64,000 bases of DNA, from the NCBI GenBank assembly GCA_963666285.1, contig OY762711.1; one strand, given 5' to 3'. Shown here in pieces: positions 14,086-23,549 of this stretch. This DNA is from Sedimentisphaerales bacterium (GTDB taxonomy: Bacteria; Planctomycetota; Phycisphaerae; Sedimentisphaerales; SM23-30). The notes beneath the pieces were generated by a model that saw only the letters and a program-made list of their open reading frames with translations, had not been told where the DNA came from and searched no databases. Every line of letters begins with the position of its first letter. Position 1 is the stretch's first letter. Made by a program: the position numbers and the translations under genes.

Positions 14086-14252
14086 ATCCCGATAAACCAA
14101 ATAAACAACTTCAAGGGTTATTAGCGATATTGTGATGTTTAACTTTAGACCGCAATATCGACACAATCTCTTTTCAAATATGGAGATTGAAGCAAAATAT
14201 TAGCTTAATGCAGTTTTTATAATAAAATAAGAAATATAAAGGAGATTATTTA

Positions 14253-15179
14253 ATGGCCGAACAAAAAAAACGATTAGGCAGGGGCCTAAACTCTCTACTT
14301 TCGCCTACCAGGTATGAAACCGTTGAACCGGCACCTCCTATCCCTCAACCACAGGCTGCCCCCGCACCAAAACCATTTTCTGGCGAATTTGTGGCTAATA
14401 TTCCCCTTGAAAAGATCAAAACTAACCCACATCAGCCGCGTTTTAACTGGAATGACGACAAACTGAAAGAGTTATCAGACTCTATAAAGGCTAATGGTCT
14501 TGTACAACCTATTATTGTCCGCGAAATGGATGATTGCTACCAGTTAATCGCTGGAGAAAGAAGATTGAGAGCCTCGCAACTTGCCGGATTATCGGACATA
14601 AAAGCTATTGTCAAAGAGGCTACCGAAGAACAAATGCTTGAATGGGCTCTTATCGAAAATATCCATCGAGATGATCTATCACCTATGGAAAGAGCCAAGG
14701 CATATAACAAATACATATCGGACTTTTCTCTTACCCAGGCAGAAGCTGCCGAAAGAATCGGCGAAGATCGGTCAAATATTGCTAATTATATGAGATTGCT
14801 GACTTTGCCGTCTGATGTGCAGGATCTTATTAATGCCCAGGAATTAGGCATGGGCCATGCCCGCGCCTTGCTTTCTCTGCCCGAACCTAAATTGCAGTCG
14901 AAAGTGGCTGCTCAAATTATCAAAAAAGGTCTTTCTGTTCGTGCCGTTGAAAAACTGGTCAAAGACCTGAAAAACAATGCCCAGAATCCTGAAGATAGTA
15001 AAGAGTCGAAAATAAAAGAAAAGCATCCTAATATTATTGAACTTGAGAACGAAATGACACAGGCTCTTGGCACAAAAGTATCTATTGAAACCAAGGGCAA
15101 AAAGACTCATCAAGGAAAAATTATCATAGATTTCTATAATTTAGATGATTTTGACCGCCTCAGAGAAATATTGGTATAG
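14253..15179 (+). CDS. parB: Chromosome partitioning protein ParB/Spo0J
   Basis: LGRGLNSLL, NPHQPR, LIAGERRLRA, ALIENIHRDDL, HTH region RSNIANYMRLL. Confidence 0.96.
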   Translation: MAEQKKRLGRGLNSLLSPTRYETVEPAPPIPQPQAAPAPKPFSGEFVANIPLEKIKTNPHQPRFNWNDDKLKELSDSIKANGLVQPIIVREMDDCYQLIAGERRLRASQLAGLSDIKAIVKEATEEQMLEWALIENIHRDDLSPMERAKAYNKYISDFSLTQAEAAERIGEDRSNIANYMRLLTLPSDVQDLINAQELGMGHARALLSLPEPKLQSKVAAQIIKKGLSVRAVEKLVKDLKNNAQNPEDSKESKIKEKHPNIIELENEMTQALGTKVSIETKGKKTHQGKIIIDFYNLDDFDRLREILV

Positions 15180-15272
15180 CGCCTAAGTAATTTTTAATAA
15201 ATATCTTATGAGAAAACAGCAGGGCGTAAAGTTTAGATTTATCGCCCTGCCAACTATTGTGTGTAGTTTATA

Positions 15273-15687
15273 TTGGATTGTCAAAACGATAAAATTGAGA
15301 CAGATATATCTTCTGAACCGCCTGCTGGCGATGAAAATTATTATATCATTTCCGGTCGATATCAGCACAGGCTCCTCATCATTCTTATCTATATTTTGGC
15401 CGCTGTCTTTATCTATCATTTTGTAAATAATAATATGAAGGTAAATGACGGGCTGATAGTTGAGATTAATCATGCTCAAAATCAACCCGAACACTGCCAC
15501 CTGGCAGCAGCTTGCTCAGCTACCCGGCATTGGTCCTCAAAAAGCTAATGATATAGTTTTATATAGAAAGCAGATGGCAAAATCAGAAGCTGTTATTGTT
15601 TTCAAAACTCCTGACGATCTTACAAATATTACAGGCATAGGACCTAAAACCGTAGATGGTATTCGTTCGTTCCTAGTTTTTGAATAA
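15273..15687 (+). pseudogene. comEA: ComEA-like helix-hairpin-helix DNA receptor, split across two frames
   Basis: TM anchor in the 15273 frame; KINPNTAT...LPGIGP...ITGIGPKT HhH domain in the 15460 frame; frame change between about 15460 and 15480. Confidence 0.65.
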
Positions 15688-15954
15688 TATTTCAAAACCA
15701 TATTTATAAATGATTGTAGTTTGCATGTCTTTTGTGGTTTTCTCTTTTAAGGTGATAGCATTGAATATAAATGCCATTGATTAATATATACATAATTGTT
15801 TATACCGTATTAACTTAATTGTTGAAATTAATCAAAACTCCCGCTATTATCGAACTTTGAGTTCTTTTGAAACGGATTTTTCATAAATTGGATATAACCT
15901 TATTCCTATATTAATACAAGTACTTCGTAAGTGCTTTATTGACAGGGGTTCGAT

Positions 15955-17496
15955 ATGCTCGCACGTATAATTAGTTCGGCAATGGTGGGAATTGAAGCGA
16001 TTACCTGCGAAGTTGAGGTGGATATTCCTGATGAGATTGGCGAAAAGGATAAAAACAGATTTGTGGTCGTGGGCCTTCCGGATGCCGCGGTTAAAGAGAG
16101 TATCGAACGCGTTAAGAGTGCTGTTAATAATTGTGGTTATACCTTTCCGATGGGCGAAGGTGTTATAAACCTCGCTCCGGCAGATATTAAAAAGGAAGGT
16201 CCATGCTATGATCTGCCTATCGCGCTGGGGATACTATGCGGCATGAAATATCTGTCATACGAAAAGCTACGCGATACTGTTGTGATAGGCGAGCTGGCTC
16301 TCGATGGCAGGGTCCGACCTGTTCGGGGGATACTTGCTGCCGCTCTTATGGCAGCGAAAATCGGCTGTAAAACAGTTATCGTGCCGGCAGAAAATGCTCG
16401 TGAAGCCGCTGTGGTCCAGGAGGTAGATGTTATTCCGGTTTCATCGCTGAGCGAAGCGGTTGGTTTTTTGAACGATCATCTTCCTTTGGAACCAACTTGC
16501 GTTGATATAGATGAGGTTTTTGCGGTTTGCAGCCAGTATGATATTGATTTTTCAGATGTAAAAGGGCAGGAATCGGTTAAGCGGGCAATTACTATCGCTG
16601 CCGCCGGTCGGCACAACATCTTAATGGTAGGCCCACCCGGAACCGGCAAGACAATGCTGGCAAAACGGATACCAACTATTATGCCTCCGTTGACCGTTGC
16701 TGAGTCGCTAGAGACCACCCGTATCCATTCGTCGGTCGGTCTGTTAGCGCCGCAGCAAGCCTTGCTTGCCCGTCGGCCGGTTCGCCATCCTCACCATTCA
16801 GCGAGCGGGCCGTCACTTGTCGGCGGAGGCGCCGTGCCTCGGCCGGGTGAGCTTTCGCTGGCCCATCATGGTTTGTTATTCCTAGATGAGTTTCCAGAAT
16901 TTTCACGTAACGTTCTGGAAAATATTAGACAACCGCTTGAAGATAAACAAGTTACAATCAGTCGAGCTGCTGGCACGCTAACCTTTCCGGCTAATTTTAT
17001 GCTGGTCGCAGCTATGAATCCGTGCCCTTGTGGGTATGCTACCGACCCCAAGCGGCAGTGTAAATGCAGTCCGCCGCAGGTTGACCGTTACCTGGCGAAG
17101 ATAAGCGGGCCGCTTGTTGACAGGATCGATATACATATCGATGTTCCTGCGGTACCGTTCAATGCACTGCAAAGTGACAGGACGGGTACCGGTTCGTCGC
17201 ATATGCGTGAGCAGGTAATGAACGCTTGTGATGCACAACGTCGCCGTTTCGGTGATGTGCCGAACGCATATAACTCGGGTATGACCAGCAGGCAGATCCG
17301 TCAATTTTGCCGACTTGACGAATCCGGTCAGGCCGTAATTAAGAACGCTGTTTATGAGATGGGTTTGTCGGCCAGGGCCCATGATAATATCTTGAAGATA
17401 TCGCGTACGATTGCAGACATGGAAAATTCCGATGCGATTTGTGCCGAACATTTGCAGGAGGCGATCCAATACAGGAGATTAGATCGTCAGTATTAA
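15955..17496 (+). CDS. comM: YifB/ComM Mg-chelatase-like AAA+ ATPase
   Basis: VGLPDAAVKES, NLAPAD, GPPGTGKT, LAHHGLLFLDE, AMNPCPCG, SGPLVDRID. Confidence 0.95.
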   Translation: MLARIISSAMVGIEAITCEVEVDIPDEIGEKDKNRFVVVGLPDAAVKESIERVKSAVNNCGYTFPMGEGVINLAPADIKKEGPCYDLPIALGILCGMKYLSYEKLRDTVVIGELALDGRVRPVRGILAAALMAAKIGCKTVIVPAENAREAAVVQEVDVIPVSSLSEAVGFLNDHLPLEPTCVDIDEVFAVCSQYDIDFSDVKGQESVKRAITIAAAGRHNILMVGPPGTGKTMLAKRIPTIMPPLTVAESLETTRIHSSVGLLAPQQALLARRPVRHPHHSASGPSLVGGGAVPRPGELSLAHHGLLFLDEFPEFSRNVLENIRQPLEDKQVTISRAAGTLTFPANFMLVAAMNPCPCGYATDPKRQCKCSPPQVDRYLAKISGPLVDRIDIHIDVPAVPFNALQSDRTGTGSSHMREQVMNACDAQRRRFGDVPNAYNSGMTSRQIRQFCRLDESGQAVIKNAVYEMGLSARAHDNILKISRTIADMENSDAICAEHLQEAIQYRRLDRQY

Positions 17497-18089
17497 AGTG
17501 TTCTGAATTAGAGTGTTCTAATAAATGAGTTATTGGCGTTCAACAGTTGTTTCGATATTCAATTTTTAAAGATCATATTTATTTTTGAGACGAAGTTTTC
17601 GTCGTTGTTAAGTTTTGTAGAAAGCTGATTTTTGTTGGTTCTTATTTTTTGTTAGCTCTCTACAATAGGATGGTATGTCGAAAGTGCGCTGATTTTTTGG
17701 GCGGGATGGTTGGCCCGAAAAATTGTAAGGTGTTGGGAGTAAGCGGGATAAAATTTTTGGGAATTATAGATTTTCATGATTTGGTGGTTGTAAAAACGCG
17801 GTGATTTTTTCGAGAAAATCAGGGGCCAGGGATCTGGTTTCAGATGTCAGGGAAGGTTGCTCGCTACCGCTCGCGGCTGATTGATGGGTGGCGGGAGGTG
17901 TGCGGAAAGGTAGCGGGGCAGCGCGGCGGGTGAACGGCGGCGAAAAGAGAAACGGATTTGAGCGGAGGCGTATTGCGGGCTGCGGACAGTATACGGCGGA
18001 ACGTTGAACAGGTACGGAAGCCCAAACACGGTCATGGCGTGGGAACGCGAATGTAGGTAATAAGTAAGAGGTAAGAGGTAAAAGTTGAG

Positions 18090-18126
18090 GTGTCTTGATG
18101 TACGTTGACATCAGGAATAATTCGCT
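18090..18126. repeat. 37-bp hairpin repeat A, copy 1 (others at 20364-20400 and 23689-23725)
   Basis: GTGTCYTGATGTACGTTGACATCAGGAATAATTCGCT, stem TCCTGATGT/ACATCAGGA. Confidence 0.9.
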
Positions 18127-18293
18127 GACGCAAGCTATTTTAAATCGCCTTCGGCGAAGAAAGAGCTAAACCACGAATAAGCTATGGTAACCGGAGCCTC
18201 CCGGTTAATTCAGGATCGAGTATAATATAATACGACGTCCTATTTTAAACGTGCTCGAAGCACAAACAATAAACCTTATTGGAGGCCCCAGTT

Positions 18294-19337
18294 ATGATTA
18301 AGTATATCGGATTAGATATGGATAGCAAGAAAACAGTTTCAATGGTATATGAAAATGGTACAGAGAAGTACGCGACATTACCTCCTGACATTGGCAGTTT
18401 GCAAGATTTTTTGATAAAGCATAAGTCTAAGAAGAATAAGGTATTTGTGGCGTTTGAGGTTAGCGGTTTGGCCGGTTGGATATATGATCAGATAGTTGAC
18501 CTGGTGGATGAAGTGAAGGTAGTGAATCCCACCAAAGCTACCTGGATATATCGTACCAATAAGAAAAACGATCGAATAGATGCGCGTAAGATGGCGATTT
18601 TGTACAGTATTGATGAATTGCCAAGTGTTTATATGCCAGATAAGGCGGTAAGGCAATGGCGTCAGATGATATTGCATCGCCAGAAGACGGTACGTAAAGT
18701 TGGCCAGACCAAGAATCAGATAAGAGCGTTGATAAAGAGCAATGGCTATTTAGTGCCAGAGCATAAAGGCACCTGGTGGAGCAAGAAGAATCGAGTCTGG
18801 ATGGAGAGCTTAACAAAGTCAAAAGAAGATGTACTGTGGAGTCTTCAGTTGGAAGATTTACTTGAACAGTTAAAATTACTGGAGAATCAAAGAGATAAGA
18901 TAACAGCCAGACTGGATGAGAAGATAAAAGATAATCCGGGTGCGGAATTATTGATGAGTATTCCCGGGGTTGGTCCAAGGACAGCTGAGGCCATGCTTGC
19001 TTATACAGATGATATAGACAGGTTTAGTAACTATAAGCAATACAGTGCCTACTTTGGCTTAACGCCAAAGCTGGATGAGAGCGGTTCGACTCGCAGATTG
19101 GGACATATCAGCAAGCATGGTCCGCAGGTAGTGCGATGGGCATTATGTGAGTCAAGCTGGCGTGTTGTGAGGTTTTGCCCGGCGATAAGGCAGTTTTATG
19201 AGCGGGTAATGGCTGGTCAGGACGGCAGGAAAAAGATAGCGATAGTTGCGGTAGCACGTAAGTTGACATCGATAATGAGAGCGATGTTGAAGACAGGCGA
19301 GATGTTTAACGCAGAAATGATAAATCAGGCTGCATAG
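18294..19337 (+). CDS. IS110-family transposase/recombinase (DEDD RuvC-like plus Tnp20 domain)
   Basis: IGLDMDSK, AFEVSG, KNDRIDA, LMSIPGVGPRTA, AYFGLTP..DESG, AIVAVARKL; GGAGG upstream of ATG. Confidence 0.95.
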   Translation: MIKYIGLDMDSKKTVSMVYENGTEKYATLPPDIGSLQDFLIKHKSKKNKVFVAFEVSGLAGWIYDQIVDLVDEVKVVNPTKATWIYRTNKKNDRIDARKMAILYSIDELPSVYMPDKAVRQWRQMILHRQKTVRKVGQTKNQIRALIKSNGYLVPEHKGTWWSKKNRVWMESLTKSKEDVLWSLQLEDLLEQLKLLENQRDKITARLDEKIKDNPGAELLMSIPGVGPRTAEAMLAYTDDIDRFSNYKQYSAYFGLTPKLDESGSTRRLGHISKHGPQVVRWALCESSWRVVRFCPAIRQFYERVMAGQDGRKKIAIVAVARKLTSIMRAMLKTGEMFNAEMINQAA

Positions 19338-19700
19338 AAGACAATATAATAAAGGCTGAGCGACTATGCCGTAAGATCCCGGTGAATGTCAATTGAAGTT
19401 TAAGTTTACTTAAAACCTCGTCACGAAGAATGGGAGTTACGGTCTGTATAAAGTTTAATGTGCCGCCGAATAAGGTGAGTACGAATAGGAGGTTAGGTCG
19501 TTGAATGCCTGCCAAAAGCAGCTCAGTTAATAAAATATGAGGCCTCTGCCTCAGCTCAAAAGCTAACAGGGTTAGCCCCTGTAACTTCTTACGCCATCGG
19601 CATCAGCCCATGTTTGGGTGAGAGCTGACGCCGAGGCGACGAAGCTACAGGGGCAAAAACCCAGGAAATTTGATAAAAATGTAAAAAAGAAGAAAAACAA
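19338..19700 (+). ncRNA. Putative bridge/seek RNA region of the IS1111-type element
   Basis: About 370-bp non-coding end downstream of the transposase, as in IS1111 elements; long bulged hairpin 19575-19654. Boundaries are not determinable from sequence alone. Confidence 0.55.
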
Positions 19701-19806
19701 CTTGAAATGCTCCGGTTCATAGGATGGACACGAATTCACACCAATAATATATAAGGTGACTCGCTACCGCTCGTGTTATTTTCATGCTCAGCCGAGGACG
19801 GCTAAG

Positions 19807-20166
19807 CTACTATGTCCTTAACGATGCTGGTTTGGTTGGAGATTGGAAGGATATTATGCAGAGTGGTTTTGATAGGATTTATCTCTCGCAAAGGGCGCAA
19901 AGATCGCAAAGTGTTATTGTGGAATATAACACTGACGGTCACGGACAGGCACAGACAAACACGGCAGGCAGGAAACAGCGAAATAGCGACCAGCTATCAG
20001 CTATCAGCTACCAGCAAAAAGCATATTAACTTCGTGCTTCGCACTCTGGCACATCATTGGACAAGTCCAATGATGTGGAGGTGTCGCTACGCGACCTGTT
20101 TTAAATAATGTGTCGAGCTCCGCCTGAGGCGGATTTTATTCTGCTCGGCGTTGGCAGGGGTGAAGG
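19807..20166. repeat. Long dispersed repeat block (homologous to 24970-25356)
   Basis: Near-identical 19807-19967 vs 24970-25130 and 20033-20166 vs 25224-25356, with different middles. Confidence 0.9.
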
Positions 20167-20321
20167 ATGGGTTAAAAAATGGAATTGAATTGAAGGGTGC
20201 GGTGATATAAGAACAGGTGCATGGAGAGTTGCGGAGGTAGTGCGGCGGGCGGGGGATTTTTCGTGAATTGATGTAAGTTGTTATTTTTGGTTTGTGGGCA
20301 GACCAGACAGGTGCCGTGAAA

Positions 20322-20470
20322 CGGCATCAAAGTGTAAAGGGTAAAATAAAAAGTGTAAAGGATGTGTCCTGATGTACGTTGACATCAGGAATAATTCGCT
20401 ATTGCTCACAACTTGTTTTAAAGCTGACGCATAGGTAAAGTTCAATCAAAATTGCGGCACCTGAAGGATG
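20322..20470. repeat. Repeat modules D1 (20322-20369) and D2 (20404-20470), shared with 60584-60751
   Basis: CGGCATCAAAGTGTAAAGGGTAAAATAAAAAG.GTAAAGGATGTGTCC and GCTCACAACTTGTTTTAAAGCTGACGC.TAGGTAAAGTTCAATCAAAATTGCGGCA.CTGAAGGATG. Confidence 0.9.
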
Positions 20471-20571
20471 AAAAGAGTTAGAAGCGAGGAGAGAGTAGGG
20501 AGGGGAGAAATTAAAAATTAAAAATTCAGAATTAAGAGAGCGCCAAGCTAAGCTGGTGCAGTCAAGCCGGT

Positions 20572-20796
20572 CAATCCGGTAAGGGTAGTCGCCAGACCAG
20601 GAAATACTGCAAGCTGAATGAGCAGGGCAAAGCCATGATAAAACAAGCAGTCTATGAACTAGGCATAAGTGCCCGGGCACATGATAAGATTCTGAAAATA
20701 TCACGGACGATCGCCGACCTTGAAGATTCTGATAATATCCAGGCTCATCACATTGCGGAAGCTATTCAATATAGACGGCTGGATAGGGAGTTTTAG
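20572..20796 (+). pseudogene. comM: Diverged comM 3'-end fragment
   Basis: SRQTRKYCKLNEQGKAMIKQAVYELGISARAHDKILKISRTIADLEDSDNIQAHHIAEAIQYRRLDREF*; 48/69 aa identical to the C-terminus of the resident ComM; in-frame stop upstream at 20533-20535. Confidence 0.92.
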
Positions 20797-21012
20797 CAAA
20801 TTTATAACTTTACAAATAGTATTGCTTTAGGTTAAATTGTATCTGATACCGGAAACAGAAATAAAGCATTAGAAATGTATGCCTGTGCAAATAAAATAAT
20901 GCCGACATTGAATAGGGTGATATGTCTATTTACAGTTTCGCGTGATGAGATTAAGAAGTTCAAACCTGATTTACGATAATCATATTTGAAAATATAGAAA
21001 GGGATTAAGATT

Positions 21013-21873
21013 ATGAAACGTACTCTAACAATTTTATTATCGACCGGTCTAGTATTATTTGCCTTTGCGGAAAAAGCTAATGCTGTATATAACTCTGAAA
21101 CAGGTCGCTTTATGCAGCAAGACCCGTTGGGGACAGTGCCAGAGGGATATGGAAATAAATTTAATTTTGTTGAGCAGAATACAGATGGGGTAAATAGTTA
21201 TGTATATGTTAGAAATAATCCAACAGTATATGTCGATAGTACTGGGCTAGTTTGTGGAGTTACGATATATCGACAAAAATTTGACGGAAAGTATATCGCT
21301 AAAGGGGGAGTTGCAGGAGATATTGATAATGATGGTACAAGTGATGGGGATCCGACTAAAGGACGTGAATGGATAGAGTGGAATGGCGGCTCTTTTGGGT
21401 GGTATCCTGTGGAAGACGGGGATGCAAGGGGTTTATATAGTGGCCAAGAAGGGTATTTACAAAACCCTGATGAAAAAGAAGGTAAGATATGGACAATACT
21501 CCAGCCAACAGCTTGGGATCACTCGCCAAACAAAAGTATTGGTCATGGCCCAAAGGCTGGAATCTCGTGTGAATGCATTGATAAATGTGAAGATATTAAT
21601 GAATGTATAAGTTCGTTATTGAACAAGAATATTCATGGTACTTGGGGAGGTGGAGGCCTTAATGCTGTTTTAATGGCAGAGGGTGGTATATGTGGGCAGC
21701 CCGGACCAGCATATGAAAATTCAGAAACTGAATTCAAGATAAATCGTGGACATTGCAGAGATTTTGTTAATTATGTACTTGAGACATGCTGCTTGAAAAA
21801 AACTAGTTTTTGGAAGGAGTATGTAAATGGAAAACCCGAGTGGCAAAATGTTGGATATCCAAGACAAAAATAA
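21013..21873 (+). CDS. Secreted protein: signal peptide + Rhs-associated core tip + variable Cys-rich C-terminal domain (putative polymorphic toxin)
   Basis: MKRTLTILL...ANA signal peptide, then YNSETGRFMQQDPLG...NSYVYVRNNPTVYVDSTGL. Confidence 0.8.
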   Translation: MKRTLTILLSTGLVLFAFAEKANAVYNSETGRFMQQDPLGTVPEGYGNKFNFVEQNTDGVNSYVYVRNNPTVYVDSTGLVCGVTIYRQKFDGKYIAKGGVAGDIDNDGTSDGDPTKGREWIEWNGGSFGWYPVEDGDARGLYSGQEGYLQNPDEKEGKIWTILQPTAWDHSPNKSIGHGPKAGISCECIDKCEDINECISSLLNKNIHGTWGGGGLNAVLMAEGGICGQPGPAYENSETEFKINRGHCRDFVNYVLETCCLKKTSFWKEYVNGKPEWQNVGYPRQK

Positions 21874-21948
21874 GAATGACGTTCCTGTTAATATAGTGAT
21901 TAACGGTCTTCCAATTACATCACCACAATATTAATTAGTAAGTTGCAA

Positions 21949-22431
21949 ATGCGTTTTAAGGTATATTCTATAATATTTATTGTTTTTTTAGTTGGCGTTG
22001 CGATATTTTTCCATAGAGAAGATCCGCATCATTTAGACCAAAGGTTTGCTTGTAAGATAAATGTCGATGACATTAAAAATGTTATTATTTATGATACAGA
22101 GGCTATTAGTTCTTTAAGTAAAGCAACGAATTATAGATATAGCCAGAGTTTGTTTAAAGAATGGGTGGGAAACCTTTATCTTAATAATGAGGGATTCCTA
22201 AATAAACCGTTTTGGATGGGCGGCAGTATTCTGGAATTAAATTTTTCTGATGGTACCCAAAGATATTTTTTGAAAAGCTGCTATGGGGCATGGATAATTG
22301 ATTTGGAAAGTCGAGAGATATTTACAACAAAATTTGAAACGGAAGAACAGAAGAAGATATTTTTTGATAATTATCTAAAAGAAGAGCAAGATATTAACAA
22401 ATATTTTATCAGTAAAAGAAAAAGGGAATAG
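21949..22431 (+). CDS. Membrane-anchored hypothetical protein, candidate immunity protein
   Basis: N-terminal TM helix; low GC; directly downstream of the Rhs-tip gene. Confidence 0.6.
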   Translation: MRFKVYSIIFIVFLVGVAIFFHREDPHHLDQRFACKINVDDIKNVIIYDTEAISSLSKATNYRYSQSLFKEWVGNLYLNNEGFLNKPFWMGGSILELNFSDGTQRYFLKSCYGAWIIDLESREIFTTKFETEEQKKIFFDNYLKEEQDINKYFISKRKRE

Positions 22432-22459
22432 TTCTTCTTATAAATGAGCAATGTTACCA

Positions 22460-22492
22460 ATTCTCAAAATATCACGGACGATCGCCGACCTT
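22460..22492 (+). repeat. 33-bp comM-derived direct repeat (ILKISRTIADL codons)
   Basis: 32/33 identical to 20689-20721. Confidence 0.9.
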
Positions 22493-22567
22493 TAATGATA
22501 ATTATTCAGCGCATTGTAAAGGTGGAAAGTTATAAGCTAATTTAATAGAAGTTAAAAAAGGTTCAAA

Positions 22568-23230
22568 ATGAAATATTTATGTTCAATAATGATATGTCTT
22601 TTTGTATCTAGTTGTTGTGATTCACCAGAAAGTCGATGTAAAAATTTGATTAAGGAGGTCGTATATGCTGTCACGGCTGATGGAAGAACAATTGAAGAAC
22701 CCTTTATAGTAGTATTTGGAAATCCTGGTCATTCTATTGAGGCTAATGTTTTATATTTACTTCGACATGATGGTTCGTTTATCTGGTCTAATGATCAAAG
22801 TGGAGGGGGGGAACCGTATTACCAAAGTCATATACCAAAGGCAAAATTTGCTGAATTAAAAAAAGAGCTAAAATTTCCTGAAAATGTAAATTGGCAATTT
22901 AAATTTATCCCGACTTATTTTATGCCCCCAGACTATGGTTTTGGAATTATGAATATAGTGGATGACTCAGTTATTTTCAGTGTTTTACTTACATATAAAT
23001 CGCATTATATGGGTAATGATGTCTTTTGGTGGTTTGATGATAAAGAAAGCCTCTTAAAGTTTGCAAAAAATAGTGAAACACAATTACTGGAAGAACGAGC
23101 AAAAGTTGCTACTGATCTTTTTACTTACATTAGTGAAATTGTTGGGAAATATAAACCTGAAACTGGTATAGAAGTTAATTTATCTTTTGAATTGCGACCT
23201 GTTGAATATGAAGTTCAAGATTGTAAATAA
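22568..23230 (+). CDS. Putative lipoprotein, function unknown (candidate orphan immunity protein)
   Basis: MKYLCSIMICLFVSSC lipobox-like N-terminus; low GC. Confidence 0.6.
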   Translation: MKYLCSIMICLFVSSCCDSPESRCKNLIKEVVYAVTADGRTIEEPFIVVFGNPGHSIEANVLYLLRHDGSFIWSNDQSGGGEPYYQSHIPKAKFAELKKELKFPENVNWQFKFIPTYFMPPDYGFGIMNIVDDSVIFSVLLTYKSHYMGNDVFWWFDDKESLLKFAKNSETQLLEERAKVATDLFTYISEIVGKYKPETGIEVNLSFELRPVEYEVQDCK

Positions 23231-23292
23231 CCTTATATTTGTGAAAAGGCGAATTTATAACATTGTGATGGTGAATTTTGCTAATATTGCTA

Positions 23293-23466
23293 TCAAATCT
23301 TTCCTTGGCTAACTCTTTCCTTTTCCCAATTTAACACAGAGTCTTCAGTGACTTCAATTATCTCGGCTAAGTTTTTTGCAGTAAGGTTTCTATCAAGTCT
23401 CATTTGGCGTATCTTTTCGCCGAGAGTTGTCGGGTTTTCTGGGTAATCTGGTATTTTTATAGACAT
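23293..23466 (-). CDS. XRE-family HTH protein or remnant
   Basis: TLGEKIRQMRLDRNLTAKNLAEIIEVTEDSVLNWEK. Confidence 0.65.
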   Translation of the reverse strand: MSIKIPDYPENPTTLGEKIRQMRLDRNLTAKNLAEIIEVTEDSVLNWEKERVSQGKI

Positions 23467-23549
23467 TGGAAGTTCGTTATGATATTCATAATTATGTGGA
23501 AAATCGTGAGATAAAAATTTCAAATAGTTGTAGTTCTGTGCCGCCCGGG

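Larger units (their letters stand above)
18179..19725 (+). mobile_element. IS110-family insertion sequence, IS1111-type (long 3' non-coding end, sub-terminal inverted repeats)
   Basis: Ends defined by comparison with empty sites at 23776 and 24619; AT core at 18177-18178 and 19724-19725; sub-terminal IRs CTATG(GT)AACCGGAGC 18182-18197 and GCTCCGGTTCATAG 19709-19722. Confidence 0.9.

Noticed and set aside
11570..14252. dnaA or parA pseudogene, or small genes (12991, 13743), in the origin gap
   Set aside because: No recognisable motifs; the 13743 ORF simply reads through parS (MFHVKH)
20572..22492. DGR-like template/variable repeat pair among the comM copies
   Set aside because: Differences are mostly synonymous or conservative and not adenine-specific; no reverse transcriptase in the window
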